Positions 1 through 9,967 of a stretch of 64,000 nt of DNA are shown here, piece by piece. Numbering within the stretch: position 1 is the stretch's first letter; the number at the start of each line of letters is the position of its first letter. A program made the translations under genes and the position numbers. Origin of the DNA: Thermodesulfovibrionales bacterium (GTDB lineage: Bacteria > Nitrospirota > Thermodesulfovibrionia > Thermodesulfovibrionales > SM23-35); assembly GCA_963715195.1 (NCBI GenBank), contig CAVQRT010000007.1, positions 64,001-128,000 of the forward strand, read 5' to 3'. The notes beneath the pieces were generated by a model. It had not been told where the DNA came from, did not search any database, and worked only from the letters and a program-made list of their open reading frames with translations.

Positions 1-781
1 CTTTCAGGCCGGCAAAGCCCCTGCCGGAAAACACATCTCCCTCGTCGGATTTTTTTATAATATCAAGGAGCCTCTTTGCGGATTCTTCCATTTCCTTGAG
101 CATCATCGTATGTGACGATTTTTTCTTTTTTACGGATGCGAGCAGTTGCTCTTTCTGTTTTCGCTTTGCGGCAAGGGAGGCTTCTTCTGCAAGGACCTTC
201 TCCCGGTTTGCCGTAAGCTCTCTCTTCAGGAGAACGAGCTGTTTTTCTTTCGATTGCAGATTCGTGAGGTTCGTCTGGTAGGTGCTCACCTGCTTCTGTT
301 CGTGTGCGGTGATGTATTGAAGATTCTTGCTGGTTCGAATCAATTGAGATATGTCAGGAGAGGCGAGCAGCAGCAGGATGACATCGGCATTTTGGCCGTA
401 CTTATGGATTGTCCTGAGCTTTCTCTTTATCCACTGCCGGTGTTGGTCGATAGCTTTCCTGGAGGCGGAGATTTCTCGTTCTGTGTATGACATCTTGCTT
501 TCAGTATTTGCGAGCCTGGTTCTGTATTTCCGGAGAAAATTTTCCACCTCTTTCATCTGCCTGTTGGTTGCATCAATGTCCGAGAGAATTGAGGATTCAT
601 ATTTTTTTACCTGTTTCAGTTTTTGTTTCTGTGTTTTAATCTTTTTCTGTATTCTCTGGTATTCGTTTTGCGGTGAGGAGGCATGGCAGGTGAGGGACAG
701 AGAGAAACTGATGAGAAACAGGAGACATGAGCAGATAAGGGGTGAGCAGAAACTTATACTGCGACGGCAAACTCTGTTCAA
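1..781 (-). CDS. envC: Murein hydrolase activator EnvC-like coiled-coil protein (partial, runs off window start)
   Basis: Not in the ORF track. Manual translation from TTG at 781, which overlaps the ftsX stop, gives MNRVCRRSISFCSPLICSCLLFLISFSLSLTCHASSPQNEYQRIQKKIKTQKQKLKQV...: a signal peptide then a coiled coil. Lies directly downstream of ftsEX. Confidence 0.8.
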   Translation of the reverse strand, partial: MNRVCRRSISFCSPLICSCLLFLISFSLSLTCHASSPQNEYQRIQKKIKTQKQKLKQVKKYESSILSDIDATNRQMKEVENFLRKYRTRLANTESKMSYTEREISASRKAIDQHRQWIKRKLRTIHKYGQNADVILLLLASPDISQLIRTSKNLQYITAHEQKQVSTYQTNLTNLQSKEKQLVLLKRELTANREKVLAEEASLAAKRKQKEQLLASVKKKKSSHTMMLKEMEESAKRLLDIIKKSDEGDVFSGRGFAGLK

Positions 782-1653
782 TACCTGATCCTCCCGATTG
801 CTATTGCGGCACCGGCCATCCCGATCAGCAAACCTGACAGCGGTATGGCAAATGACAGATCAATCGGGAATGAAAGCAGCTTCAGAAGAGGGAATGTTGC
901 GCTCAGCTTTACAATAAGAACATAGTAGAGTGCCAGAACTCCTGCGAGACTGACCAGACCGCCGATAAATCCGATGATTGCTCCTTCAAGAAGAAACGGT
1001 GTCCTGATAAATTCCTTTGTGGCGCCGAGGAGCTTGTAGGTTTCAATTTCTCCTTCTCTCCGGTAAAAGAGGATTTTTACGGTGCTGTAACATACAAAAA
1101 GCATGCCGATGGACATGATCACGACGATGGTCGTGCCGATTCTCCTCATGCCGGTTCTCAGGGAATGGAGAGCAGACAGAAATTCTTCGCCGTATTCTAT
1201 TTCCTGTACCCCTTTGATATCTTTCAGGCTGTTTGTGAGATGCCTGACTGGGTCTGGTCCTACAGCGGCGCTTTTTAATTTGATCTCGATAGCGTCGGGC
1301 AATGGATTTTCTCCGAGTCCTTCAAGAATGAATGAAGAATCCTTCAGGGTGCTCTTCAGTTCTTTCAGCGCCTGGTCTTTCGGGATGAAGATTGTTTTTT
1401 CCACAGCGGGATTTTTCCGGGCGGTACTCATGATAGTATCTCTATCTTCCTGCGACACGGTATCGCTGAGATAGAGCAGAACGGAAAACTTTTCCGGGAG
1501 TTTTCCTGTTGCAGAATCGATGTTGTATACAAAGAGAACCGTAATGGTGGTAAAGAGGAGACCCGCAGCGATTGTCAAAACAGAGAGGAGGTAAATCCAT
1601 TTTTCATGAAAAATGCTCTGGAGAGCGAGCCTGAATGAATAGGAGAGAGTCAT
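778..1653 (-). CDS. ftsX: Cell division ABC permease FtsX
   Basis: Four TM segments, periplasmic loop with NPLPDAIEIK, EIETYKLLGAT..FIRTPFLLEG motif; adjacent to ftsE. Confidence 0.92.
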   Translation of the reverse strand: MTLSYSFRLALQSIFHEKWIYLLSVLTIAAGLLFTTITVLFVYNIDSATGKLPEKFSVLLYLSDTVSQEDRDTIMSTARKNPAVEKTIFIPKDQALKELKSTLKDSSFILEGLGENPLPDAIEIKLKSAAVGPDPVRHLTNSLKDIKGVQEIEYGEEFLSALHSLRTGMRRIGTTIVVIMSIGMLFVCYSTVKILFYRREGEIETYKLLGATKEFIRTPFLLEGAIIGFIGGLVSLAGVLALYYVLIVKLSATFPLLKLLSFPIDLSFAIPLSGLLIGMAGAAIAIGRIRY

Positions 1654-2316
1654 TCAGCCGATCTCCTCACGTACGAAGTTTCCAAAATCAAGCATCAGTA
1701 CCCTTCTTCCTGAATTCCGGAAAAGCTCTCTGTTATGGGTGGCGATGAGAATTGTTGTGCCCCGCGCATTAATATCCTTGAAAGTCCTGATAATGCCGGC
1801 AGACGTATCGGGGTCAACATTCCCGGTAGGTTCATCAGCAAGAATAATGGTAGGTTCGGCTACAATTGCCCTTGCGAGGGAGATCCTCTGCTGTTCTCCG
1901 CCTGACAGCGACGGGGGATAGTTGTCGGACTTATGCCTGAGACTGACGATCTTCAGCGTATCGAAAACCCGGGCTTTTATCTCTTTTTCGTCGACACCCC
2001 TTATCCGTAATGCAAAAGCAACATTTTCAAATACATTCCTGTTGTCCAGAAGTCTGAAATCCTGAAAAACCACTCCGATATGCCTCCTCAGTAGGGGGAT
2101 ATCGGAGTCTATAAGGGTATTCAGCGACCAATCCATAACCCTGATGAGGCCTTCATCCGCTTTTTCCGCCCTGAATATCAATTTGAGCAGCGTTGATTTG
2201 CCTGATCCGCTCGGACCGGTAATAAATGCCATCTCTCCTTTGTCTATCGAAAAGGTAATTTTCCTCAGAGCGGTAAGATTATCGTAGTGCTTTGATACGT
2301 CCTGAAAATGTATCAT
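1654..2316 (-). CDS. ftsE: Cell division ATP-binding protein FtsE
   Basis: Walker A GPSGSGKST, IGVVFQDFRLL, LSGGEQQR, ADEPTGN. Confidence 0.95.
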   Translation of the reverse strand: MIHFQDVSKHYDNLTALRKITFSIDKGEMAFITGPSGSGKSTLLKLIFRAEKADEGLIRVMDWSLNTLIDSDIPLLRRHIGVVFQDFRLLDNRNVFENVAFALRIRGVDEKEIKARVFDTLKIVSLRHKSDNYPPSLSGGEQQRISLARAIVAEPTIILADEPTGNVDPDTSAGIIRTFKDINARGTTILIATHNRELFRNSGRRVLMLDFGNFVREEIG

Positions 2317-2390
2317 GCGAGGCCAATCAGCAGCAGACGGACACGGAGCAGGAAAAGATGAATTTGTTCTCCGGGTGTTCGCATGCTCAA

Positions 2391-3368
2391 TTATGCCAAT
2401 GCCTCTTTAATGGAGAGCGCAAGGTTATCTGCAGTAAGGCCATACAGATTCAGGAGTTCATCGGGAGATCCTGAACAACCGAAAACATCCCTGATGCCTG
2501 TTCTGAGTATTCTTGTTGGATTATTCTCTGAAAGGAATTCACTTACGGCGCTTCCAAGACCGCCGATAATTGAATGCTCCTCCGCGGTAACGATAAGTCT
2601 GCACGATGAGGAAGCCTTCAGGAGAGCCTCATTGTCAAGTGGCTTTATGGTTGACATGTTGATGACCCCGACATCGATGCCTTCGGCACTGAGTTTGGTT
2701 GCAGCCTCAAGCGCAACGGAGACCATGATTCCCATGGCAACGACGGTAGCATCTGTACCGGAATGAAACGAAAAGGATTTCCCGATTTGGAAGGTATATT
2801 GATCCGGCATGACATGCGGTACCTTGGCCCTCCCAAGACGGACGTAGACCGGGCCGTTATAATCAGCGGCAGCATGGATGACCTGTTTTGTTTCATGTGC
2901 ATCAGCAGGGACGATCACGGTCATATTCGGGAGGACTCTCATCAGAGCGATATCCTCCAATGACTGGTGAGAGGCTCCGTCTTCGCCCACCGTGATGCCG
3001 CTGTGGGTCGCGACGAGCTTCACATTGAGGTTCGAATAACAGACGGTCTGTCTGATCTGTTCCCATGCCCTTCCTGTTTCGAAAACTGCAAACGTCGAAG
3101 CAAACGGGAGTTTCCCGGTGAGCGAGAGGCCGCATGCGGTCCCGATCAAGTCCTGTTCAGAGATGCCGACATTGAAGAACCTGTCCGGAAATGCCTTTGC
3201 AAATTTTCCAGTCTTCGTCGATCCGGAGAGATCTGCGTCCAGTACAACGATATCATTCCGCTGCCTGCCGAGTTCGAGCAGAGCTTCACCATAGGCATCT
3301 CTCGTAGCGGTCGCCTTCTTTGTTGTACCAGAAGGTACTGCTTTTCCCGGATGAACTCTTTCCGCCAT
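2391..3368 (-). CDS. Transketolase, C-terminal subunit
   Basis: DADLSGST, GISEQ, GEDGASHQ, EEHSIIGGLG motifs. Confidence 0.93.
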   Translation of the reverse strand: MAERVHPGKAVPSGTTKKATATRDAYGEALLELGRQRNDIVVLDADLSGSTKTGKFAKAFPDRFFNVGISEQDLIGTACGLSLTGKLPFASTFAVFETGRAWEQIRQTVCYSNLNVKLVATHSGITVGEDGASHQSLEDIALMRVLPNMTVIVPADAHETKQVIHAAADYNGPVYVRLGRAKVPHVMPDQYTFQIGKSFSFHSGTDATVVAMGIMVSVALEAATKLSAEGIDVGVINMSTIKPLDNEALLKASSSCRLIVTAEEHSIIGGLGSAVSEFLSENNPTRILRTGIRDVFGCSGSPDELLNLYGLTADNLALSIKEALA

Positions 3369-4222
3369 TACTTTTGGAGCTCCTTTAACGCCAGGCTGAG
3401 TTCATCGGGGGTCGGCGCCAGACCGTGGTACTCGACTTTGCCCTCAAAGAAAGAAACGCCTTTTCCTTTGACTGTCCTGGCAACGATCATTGCTGGTTTT
3501 CCTTTCAGGGTTTTCGCCTTGTGAAAGGCATCCACAATGGCCGCAATATCGTGTCCGTCGATATCCATGACATTCCAGCCGAAAGCTTTCCATTTATCAA
3601 CGACCGGTTCAATATGCATTACATCACAGCAATGCCCGTCGATCTGGAGACCATTGTTGTCAATGATTGCACAAAGATTATCGAGGCGATAATGGGCGGC
3701 GGTCATGGCAGCTTCCCAGACCTGTCCTTCCTGGATCTCGCCATCGCCAAGGAGGCAGTAAACCCGTGAAGGCAGCCCGTCCATTTTGATCCCCATTGCC
3801 ATGCCATTGGCGATCGAGAGGCCTTGCCCCAGGGAGCCGGTTGATATTTCGATACCAGGCAACTTGCAGGAACAGGGATGCCCCTGCAACGGGCTCCCAA
3901 TCTTGCGCAGTGTCTTGAGGATCTCCCTGTCAAAATATCCGGACAGCGCAAGAGCTGCATAGAGAACCGGAGCTGCATGGCCCTTCGAGAGAATAAACCT
4001 GTCTCTCTCTCTCCATTGCGGGTTGGCGGGGTCATGCCTCAGTGTGTGGAAATAAAGAACCGTTAGAATATCTGCGGCAGAGAGGGAACCGCCGGTATGA
4101 CCGGAGCCCGCGTGGGTCAGCATCGTAAGAATTTCCATTCTGAGTTTCCTTGCCTTCTTGCTGAGACCGGCAAGATCCTTTGCGCTTAATTCAGTTTTCA
4201 CGTGATTTCCCGTTGCCCTCAT
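3368..4222 (-). CDS. Transketolase, N-terminal TPP-binding subunit
   Basis: SGHTGGSLS, LSKGHA, TGSLGQG, GDGEIQEG TPP motif; stop overlaps the start of the C-terminal subunit. Confidence 0.93.
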   Translation of the reverse strand: MRATGNHVKTELSAKDLAGLSKKARKLRMEILTMLTHAGSGHTGGSLSAADILTVLYFHTLRHDPANPQWRERDRFILSKGHAAPVLYAALALSGYFDREILKTLRKIGSPLQGHPCSCKLPGIEISTGSLGQGLSIANGMAMGIKMDGLPSRVYCLLGDGEIQEGQVWEAAMTAAHYRLDNLCAIIDNNGLQIDGHCCDVMHIEPVVDKWKAFGWNVMDIDGHDIAAIVDAFHKAKTLKGKPAMIVARTVKGKGVSFFEGKVEYHGLAPTPDELSLALKELQK

Positions 4223-4354
4223 TCTCTATCTGGTATTCTCTGTCCTTTTGCGATATATTTGATATATCCGGCAGCAAATAGATATCAAGGGCAAATATAA
4301 AATTAGAAAATATTATACAGAGCGTACGGGACAAATAGGAAGGGGGGTAGGGAT

Positions 4355-4885
4355 ATGCCGGGAATGGTGATATGGATAACCGGTCTTCCGGGGAGCGGAA
4401 AGAGCACGGTTGCCGATGAAATCAAAAAAAGTCATCCTGAATTTACACTGCTCAGAATGGATGAGATCAGAAAGATTGCCACCCCTGAACCGACGTATTC
4501 TGATCCGGAGAGAGATATCCTGTACAGGGCACTTGTGTATTTTGCGAAGAGACTCTCGGAAACCGGACAGAACGTTATCATTGATGCAACGGGAAATCTC
4601 CGCGTGTGGCGCGAACTTGCCCGTCAGCTTATTCCTGTCTACCGTGAAGTATATCTCAGATGCCCCGGAGAACTATGCATGCTGCGCGAGCAAAAACGGA
4701 TCGATACGCACGGTGCGCCAGAGGATATTTACAGGAAAGGGGCCGAAGGATGGCCGGTGCCGGGCATAGCAGCCCCGTATGAAGAACCGTTAAGTCCCGA
4801 GGTTACGATTGATACCGACAAGACATCATTGGAAGAAGCGGTGGAAATTCTCGGAAAAACACTTTTGAACGAACGGAAATCCTAA
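4355..4885 (+). CDS. Adenylyl-sulfate kinase-like P-loop kinase
   Basis: VIWITGLPGSGKST and PGIAAPYEEPLSPEVTIDT resemble CysC. Confidence 0.75.
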   Translation: MPGMVIWITGLPGSGKSTVADEIKKSHPEFTLLRMDEIRKIATPEPTYSDPERDILYRALVYFAKRLSETGQNVIIDATGNLRVWRELARQLIPVYREVYLRCPGELCMLREQKRIDTHGAPEDIYRKGAEGWPVPGIAAPYEEPLSPEVTIDTDKTSLEEAVEILGKTLLNERKS

Positions 4886-6810
4886 ATCTTCAATGCCTTG
4901 GTAATTCCCTTGAGCTCGATCAAAAACGATACGGAAAAGTCGTCTGGTCTTTTGACAAAACCAAGATTGATACCCCAACACTGGCTTATGTATAGGATGT
5001 TCAGACTGATCTCCCTGGTCTCTTTCTGTTCGGCATCGTACCAAATCTTTCCGTTCACTGAGAGTGGGGCAAATGGGTGAACCCCGATACCAGCAACATA
5101 GGTATTGACATTATTCAGTCTGTTATATCTTTGCCCGGCTTGGAAGATTATTTCTGCAACCTTCATGGCAACCTCTGAGTTCACCTTTTCAATTCTTCCG
5201 GTATGGACATTATATGCTGCCCCGAGCCTCAGCGGAAGTGGTTGCATTATTCCGACATCGAACAGTACCGGAAGAAATGGCCTGTCACCTTCGTAGAAAT
5301 CATAGCCCTGGGAAATCCTGAATACCATAAGCTCTCCCTGATCGCTGATGAATCTGTTCAAGAGTGATAAGGAAAGCAAAGAAGTCTTGGTAAACAGCTC
5401 TGATGAATCGAAGATGGGTGAACTCTGCTCTGAATTTGTTATGAGCGTGTACCCCAATGAAGGTTCGATAACATGGGTGAACAATGAATATTTTTTCATG
5501 AATCTGACATGACTTGAGATACTGTATTCGAACGCTTCCCTGTGAGGAGAACTATCCTCACTTCTGTGTAAAGAATATGCCGTCTCACGCAGTCCAATGT
5601 TCTGCAAAACCATAACATCTGATCCAAAGGCGTGCGTTATCCTGGGAAAGAGATCCACTCTCTGACCATAGATACCTTCTTCTCTCCAGAAGTTTGCTAT
5701 TGACGCTGAGCCGGAGATTTGGAAAGGGCCGGTTTTTGTCGGGTTCAGGACATATCCTACCTCGGGAAGTCTTTGCAGAGGGTCCTGGCTGTCTTCCTTA
5801 AGATCAATCCAGTATTGAGACAGAAGATAAGCACGGGAACCGGGAAGTGGCATTGATATTTCACCAGTCGATTCAAGAAATCGGTTTGTCCTTATCTGGA
5901 GATCGGTTTTGAACTCCCGGTAGAAATCCTTTTCGTTCACGAAATTGATATTCAGGTAACCTCCGAGTCCGCCGGTTGATCGTTGGTCATGGTGCGCCCT
6001 GAGTTCAAGAAAGTCTTTCCTGAGTTCGGAGTCCCGAATGTGGTAGCCCCACCATTTTCCTTCAACGTTACCCGGCCAGACATACCGGTATTCGATGCCT
6101 GTGCCAAGGCCTCTCTGCGTGTATTCATCGACAATGAAGCTGGCATCCTGGTTATCCGATATGGCCCAGTAGAATGGAACTGTAAACTGGAAACCGCGGG
6201 AGTCGCTGTATCCGATGAAAGGGAATAAAAGACCCGTCTTTCGTTCGTTCAGAATCGGCGCCCACAGAAACGGCGTAAAGAGTACGGGTATGTTCTTTAT
6301 CCGAAAAGTAACATCCTTTGCCGTTAATGAGTCACCGGCTGCCCCGCGCATGTCCTTGCCTCTGAAACACCATGCGGGTACAGGGGCATCGCATGTGGTG
6401 AAAGTCGCTTCGGGACTAAAATAATAATCGCTGCCTGTTTTACGGATCTCCCTGCCCGAGATCCGGTAATTTTCTTTTTCGTAAAAAACCTCTGCACGAA
6501 AAAGAGTGCCGGTTTTTTTCTCAAGGTTTAGTTCGGCACGGCTGGCGTTCATGGTGACATCAGTGTCATGGTATCGTATTTTTCCTAAAGCTATAACATC
6601 TGATGTCTCTTCATGATAAGTGATTTCATCAGCCTCGAGAACCGTACCTGCTCTCTCAATTCTTACGTTACCCTTGGCGATATAGGTCTTCTCCGCGTGA
6701 TCATATGCGAGCGTATCCGAGGTTATCACTGTATGTTCTTCAGCATAGCTTGACGGTATGAGAAATGCTATGGTAAGCACAAAAGGTAAAAAGTACACAA
6801 ATAAACGCAT
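4882..6810 (-). CDS. lptD: LPS-assembly protein LptD
   Basis: OstA-like N-terminal domain, ATFTTC, RKTGLLFP..GYSDSRG, beta-barrel C-terminus ending CWG..F. Likely start is MRLFVYF at 6810; the ORF-track extension to 6963 runs through a repeat element. Confidence 0.88.
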   Translation of the reverse strand: MRLFVYFLPFVLTIAFLIPSSYAEEHTVITSDTLAYDHAEKTYIAKGNVRIERAGTVLEADEITYHEETSDVIALGKIRYHDTDVTMNASRAELNLEKKTGTLFRAEVFYEKENYRISGREIRKTGSDYYFSPEATFTTCDAPVPAWCFRGKDMRGAAGDSLTAKDVTFRIKNIPVLFTPFLWAPILNERKTGLLFPFIGYSDSRGFQFTVPFYWAISDNQDASFIVDEYTQRGLGTGIEYRYVWPGNVEGKWWGYHIRDSELRKDFLELRAHHDQRSTGGLGGYLNINFVNEKDFYREFKTDLQIRTNRFLESTGEISMPLPGSRAYLLSQYWIDLKEDSQDPLQRLPEVGYVLNPTKTGPFQISGSASIANFWREEGIYGQRVDLFPRITHAFGSDVMVLQNIGLRETAYSLHRSEDSSPHREAFEYSISSHVRFMKKYSLFTHVIEPSLGYTLITNSEQSSPIFDSSELFTKTSLLSLSLLNRFISDQGELMVFRISQGYDFYEGDRPFLPVLFDVGIMQPLPLRLGAAYNVHTGRIEKVNSEVAMKVAEIIFQAGQRYNRLNNVNTYVAGIGVHPFAPLSVNGKIWYDAEQKETREISLNILYISQCWGINLGFVKRPDDFSVSFLIELKGITKALKI

Positions 6811-6821
6811 AACGAATTTTC

Positions 6822-6924
6822 TGTCATTTCCACCTGGTGTGAATTTTGTTTTCGTTTTAAAGAAAGATTCTTTCCCCGGTCTGCATGAGTGTGGACCTGA
6901 AGGTGCCGGACAAACCGGAATGAC
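6822..6924. repeat. REP-like palindromic element (GTCATTCCGG family), degenerate, with internal insert
   Basis: tgtcatttcc...gattc[insert]ccggacaaaccggaatgac; the right arm matches the copy at 40085-40159. Confidence 0.65.
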
Positions 6925-6983
6925 GGACTGAAGACCCCATGAAAATGTAAATGGATTATTCATTCGATATTGATGCCGGTTTC

Positions 6984-8303
6984 CTATTCCCTGAGTGTTG
7001 TTAAAATACCTCTTTGTCCCAGGACTTCCTTTGCCTCACCGATTGTATAAAATGAACCGGTGATAACAATGAGAACAGATTCCGGAAGAAGATTTCGGGC
7101 ATCCTTCATTCCCATCTCAATGGCCTCCTGTATCGTACACGCAGTGCGCAGATTCGGAAATCCAAGGGACTCTGCAGCACGGGCAAGGGTCTCAGGTGAA
7201 GCTGCCCTGTCATAAGAGGGACGGGTCAGGATGACATACCGTGCAAGGGGTAATAGCGGCTTCAGTATTCCGGCAATGTCCTTGTCGGCCATAATACCGA
7301 GTATCAGAATAATCCCTTCGAATGTTTTGAGAAAGATATCCCGAAGTGACTGTGAAAGCACGGATGCAGCAGCGGGATTATGCGCTCCGTCGATGAGAAC
7401 CGGAGGGTCATCATGAATGATTTCAAGTCTTCCAGGCCATGTTGTATTTCTCACGCCTTCCTTAATCAGGCCATGAGTCAGAGATCCGGATATCAGGCTG
7501 ACAGCTTCTATTGCCATGGATGCATTGTGCATCTGATGAACACCTGCGAGCGGAAGACGGATGTCGTGAATTCTTCTGCGAGTGTTATGATAATCAAACA
7601 CGATTCCACGGGTATCTTCGCGGACAAGGCGCGAAGAGAAATCTCTTCCATACGCATACAGTTCTGCATCGTTCTCTTTTGCTTTTGTGATGATACCATT
7701 CATTACTTCAGGCTCCTGGTGAGCGCAGACAACAGGTATCCCTCTCTTGATAATACCCGCCTTTTCTTCTGCAATTTCCGTAAGCGTCCTTCCGAGAAAT
7801 TCCATATGGTCGTAGCTGATTTGGGTTATGACACAGACATCCGGTGATATGATGTTGGTTGCATCGAGCCTCCCGCCCATTCCGACCTCCATGACGGCAA
7901 TATCTATTTGTTTCCTGCTGAAATACAAAAGAGCCATTGCAGTAACGACCTCAAAGAACGTGGGGGAGAAATCGTCGATCTGTAACGCAGCTTCTCTGAC
8001 TTCTTCTGCCAGACTGACGACGTCATGTTCACCGATTTCTGCACCGTTTATCCTGATTCTCTCGGTGAAACTGATGAGGTGGGGAGAAGTAAAAAGGCCG
8101 ACGGTGAACCCGCCTGACTGAAGAATGGAGGCGATAATCGACGATGTTGAGCCTTTGCCGTTCGTTCCTCCAACGTGAACCGTGCGGAATGAGGTATGAG
8201 GACTTCCGAGCCCGGTTACGAGCCTCCTGATATTGTCGAGGCCGAATTTAATGCCGTATTTCCGGAGATTATAGAGGTACTGGATTGATTCATGATAGCT
8301 CAT
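6984..8303 (-). CDS. folC: Bifunctional folylpolyglutamate synthase/dihydrofolate synthase
   Basis: GTNGKGS, FTSPHL, EVGMGGRLDATN, WPGRLE, DGAHN. Confidence 0.96.
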   Translation of the reverse strand: MSYHESIQYLYNLRKYGIKFGLDNIRRLVTGLGSPHTSFRTVHVGGTNGKGSTSSIIASILQSGGFTVGLFTSPHLISFTERIRINGAEIGEHDVVSLAEEVREAALQIDDFSPTFFEVVTAMALLYFSRKQIDIAVMEVGMGGRLDATNIISPDVCVITQISYDHMEFLGRTLTEIAEEKAGIIKRGIPVVCAHQEPEVMNGIITKAKENDAELYAYGRDFSSRLVREDTRGIVFDYHNTRRRIHDIRLPLAGVHQMHNASMAIEAVSLISGSLTHGLIKEGVRNTTWPGRLEIIHDDPPVLIDGAHNPAAASVLSQSLRDIFLKTFEGIILILGIMADKDIAGILKPLLPLARYVILTRPSYDRAASPETLARAAESLGFPNLRTACTIQEAIEMGMKDARNLLPESVLIVITGSFYTIGEAKEVLGQRGILTTLRE

Positions 8304-9133
8304 AGGAGCAGTTCAAAAAGTCTGGCAATGGTGCCCCTCAGGTTCTTCCTGTCAACGACCATGTCTATAAGTCCGTGGGCGAGGAGGAAATCTGCCCTCT
8401 GGAAATCATCAGGCAACGGCTGCTTCATCGTCTGTTCGATGACACGCGGACCGGCAAAACCGATCAGGCTTTTCGGTTCCGCAATAATAATGTCACCCAG
8501 TGTGGCAAAGCTCGCAGTGACACCGCCGAAGGTTGGGTCACACAAGATCGAGATATAGAGAATTCCGTGGTCTTTTAATCTCCCGATAGACGCAGATACC
8601 TTTGCCATCTGCATGAGTGAGAATATCCCTTCCTGCATCCGCGCTCCACCCGATGAAGATACAGCTATCAGGGGCTGCTTTTTTTCAAGAGCCCTTTCCG
8701 CCGCCCGCGATACTTTTTCTCCGACGACCGATCCCATGCTGCCGCCCATGAAGGAAAAGTCCATGATCACAAGACTCGCAGGGTATCCGCTGATCAGCGC
8801 GTCCCCTGAAATAACGGCTTCCTTAAGGCCGCTCTTTCTCTGGTTGTCCTTGAGCCGTTCTTTATAGGCAACAGTGTCCTTGAAGTGCAGGGGATCAACG
8901 GAAACGAGATTATCATCCATCTCGTCAAAAGTGCCTTCATCAACAAGGAATTTCAGCCGTTCTCGTGCGCTTATCCTGAAGTGGTAGTTGCACTTCGGAC
9001 ATATTTTAAGATTTTTGTCTATTTCCTTTTTGTAGACAATCTCCCTGCAGCCGTCACACTTGACCCACAGTCCTTCGGGAACCTTTCCTTTCTTCTCTCC
9101 CCGCGTTTCCTTAGTTTTCTTGAACCATGCCAT
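8300..9133 (-). CDS. accD: Acetyl-CoA carboxylase carboxyltransferase beta subunit
   Basis: GLWVKC..C zinc finger, FMGGSMG, SGGARMQEG, GFAGPRVIEQT. Confidence 0.97.
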   Translation of the reverse strand: MAWFKKTKETRGEKKGKVPEGLWVKCDGCREIVYKKEIDKNLKICPKCNYHFRISARERLKFLVDEGTFDEMDDNLVSVDPLHFKDTVAYKERLKDNQRKSGLKEAVISGDALISGYPASLVIMDFSFMGGSMGSVVGEKVSRAAERALEKKQPLIAVSSSGGARMQEGIFSLMQMAKVSASIGRLKDHGILYISILCDPTFGGVTASFATLGDIIIAEPKSLIGFAGPRVIEQTMKQPLPDDFQRADFLLAHGLIDMVVDRKNLRGTIARLFELLL

Positions 9134-9187
9134 AGGCCTACCTTCTTTTAGCTTGTTCCGATGATAATACGCTCAACCCTGTTCGAA

Positions 9188-9967
9188 TCAGACAATTGCC
9201 TGCCGCAGGCTTAACAGGTAATCCTTCAGCGTATTGGGACTATCCCGAAGCCTTTTGACGATGGCGCTCCCGATGATTACCCCGTCGGCCAGCTTTGCGA
9301 TGCGGGCTGCATCCTCAGGGGTCGATACACCGAAACCGATTGCTACCGGCTTTTTCGTATAGTTCCGTATGAGCGCGATCATTTTCTCCATCGTACCATC
9401 GAGGAGAAGGTTGGCTCCCGTTATACCCGTGATAGAAACATAATAGACGAAACCGCTCGATGACTTTGTTACTTTTCTGATTCTCTCTTCCGTTGAAGTC
9501 GGTGCAAGGAGAAATATCGTATCGAGATGATGCATTCTTGAACCATGAACCAGATCCACTGCTTCGTCAGGGGGGAGATCAGGGATGATTATGCCGTCGA
9601 TGCCGGCGTTTTTTGCATCGGTGATGAAATTCCCGGTGCCATACCTGAATACCGGATTGAAGTATGTCATGAGAACCACCGGAATTTGCGTGACTCTTCT
9701 GAGGTTGCTCACGAGGGAGATGACGTTTCGCAGGGTGATTCCCTTCCCCAATGCTCGTTCAGATGCACGCTGAATCGTAGGGCCGTCCGCGAGCGGATCT
9801 GAAAAGGGAACCCCCAACTCGACAATGTCCGCACCGCATTCTTCGAACAGAAGGACGATTTCTTGTGTCTTTTCGAGGGACGGATCTCCTGCCATGATAT
9901 AGGGAATGAATGCTTTCTTTCCACTCGAACGCACTTTCTGAAAAGCATCTGAAATTCTCGTCTTCAC
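9188..9967 (-). CDS. trpA: Tryptophan synthase alpha chain
   Basis: [32 protein letters not shown]. Confidence 0.97.
   Translation of the reverse strand: MKTRISDAFQKVRSSGKKAFIPYIMAGDPSLEKTQEIVLLFEECGADIVELGVPFSDPLADGPTIQRASERALGKGITLRNVISLVSNLRRVTQIPVVLMTYFNPVFRYGTGNFITDAKNAGIDGIIIPDLPPDEAVDLVHGSRMHHLDTIFLLAPTSTEERIRKVTKSSSGFVYYVSITGITGANLLLDGTMEKMIALIRNYTKKPVAIGFGVSTPEDAARIAKLADGVIIGSAIVKRLRDSPNTLKDYLLSLRQAIV

Noticed and set aside
6811..6963. N-terminal extension of LptD in the ORF track
   Set aside because: Runs through a palindromic repeat; the signal peptide starts at 6810.
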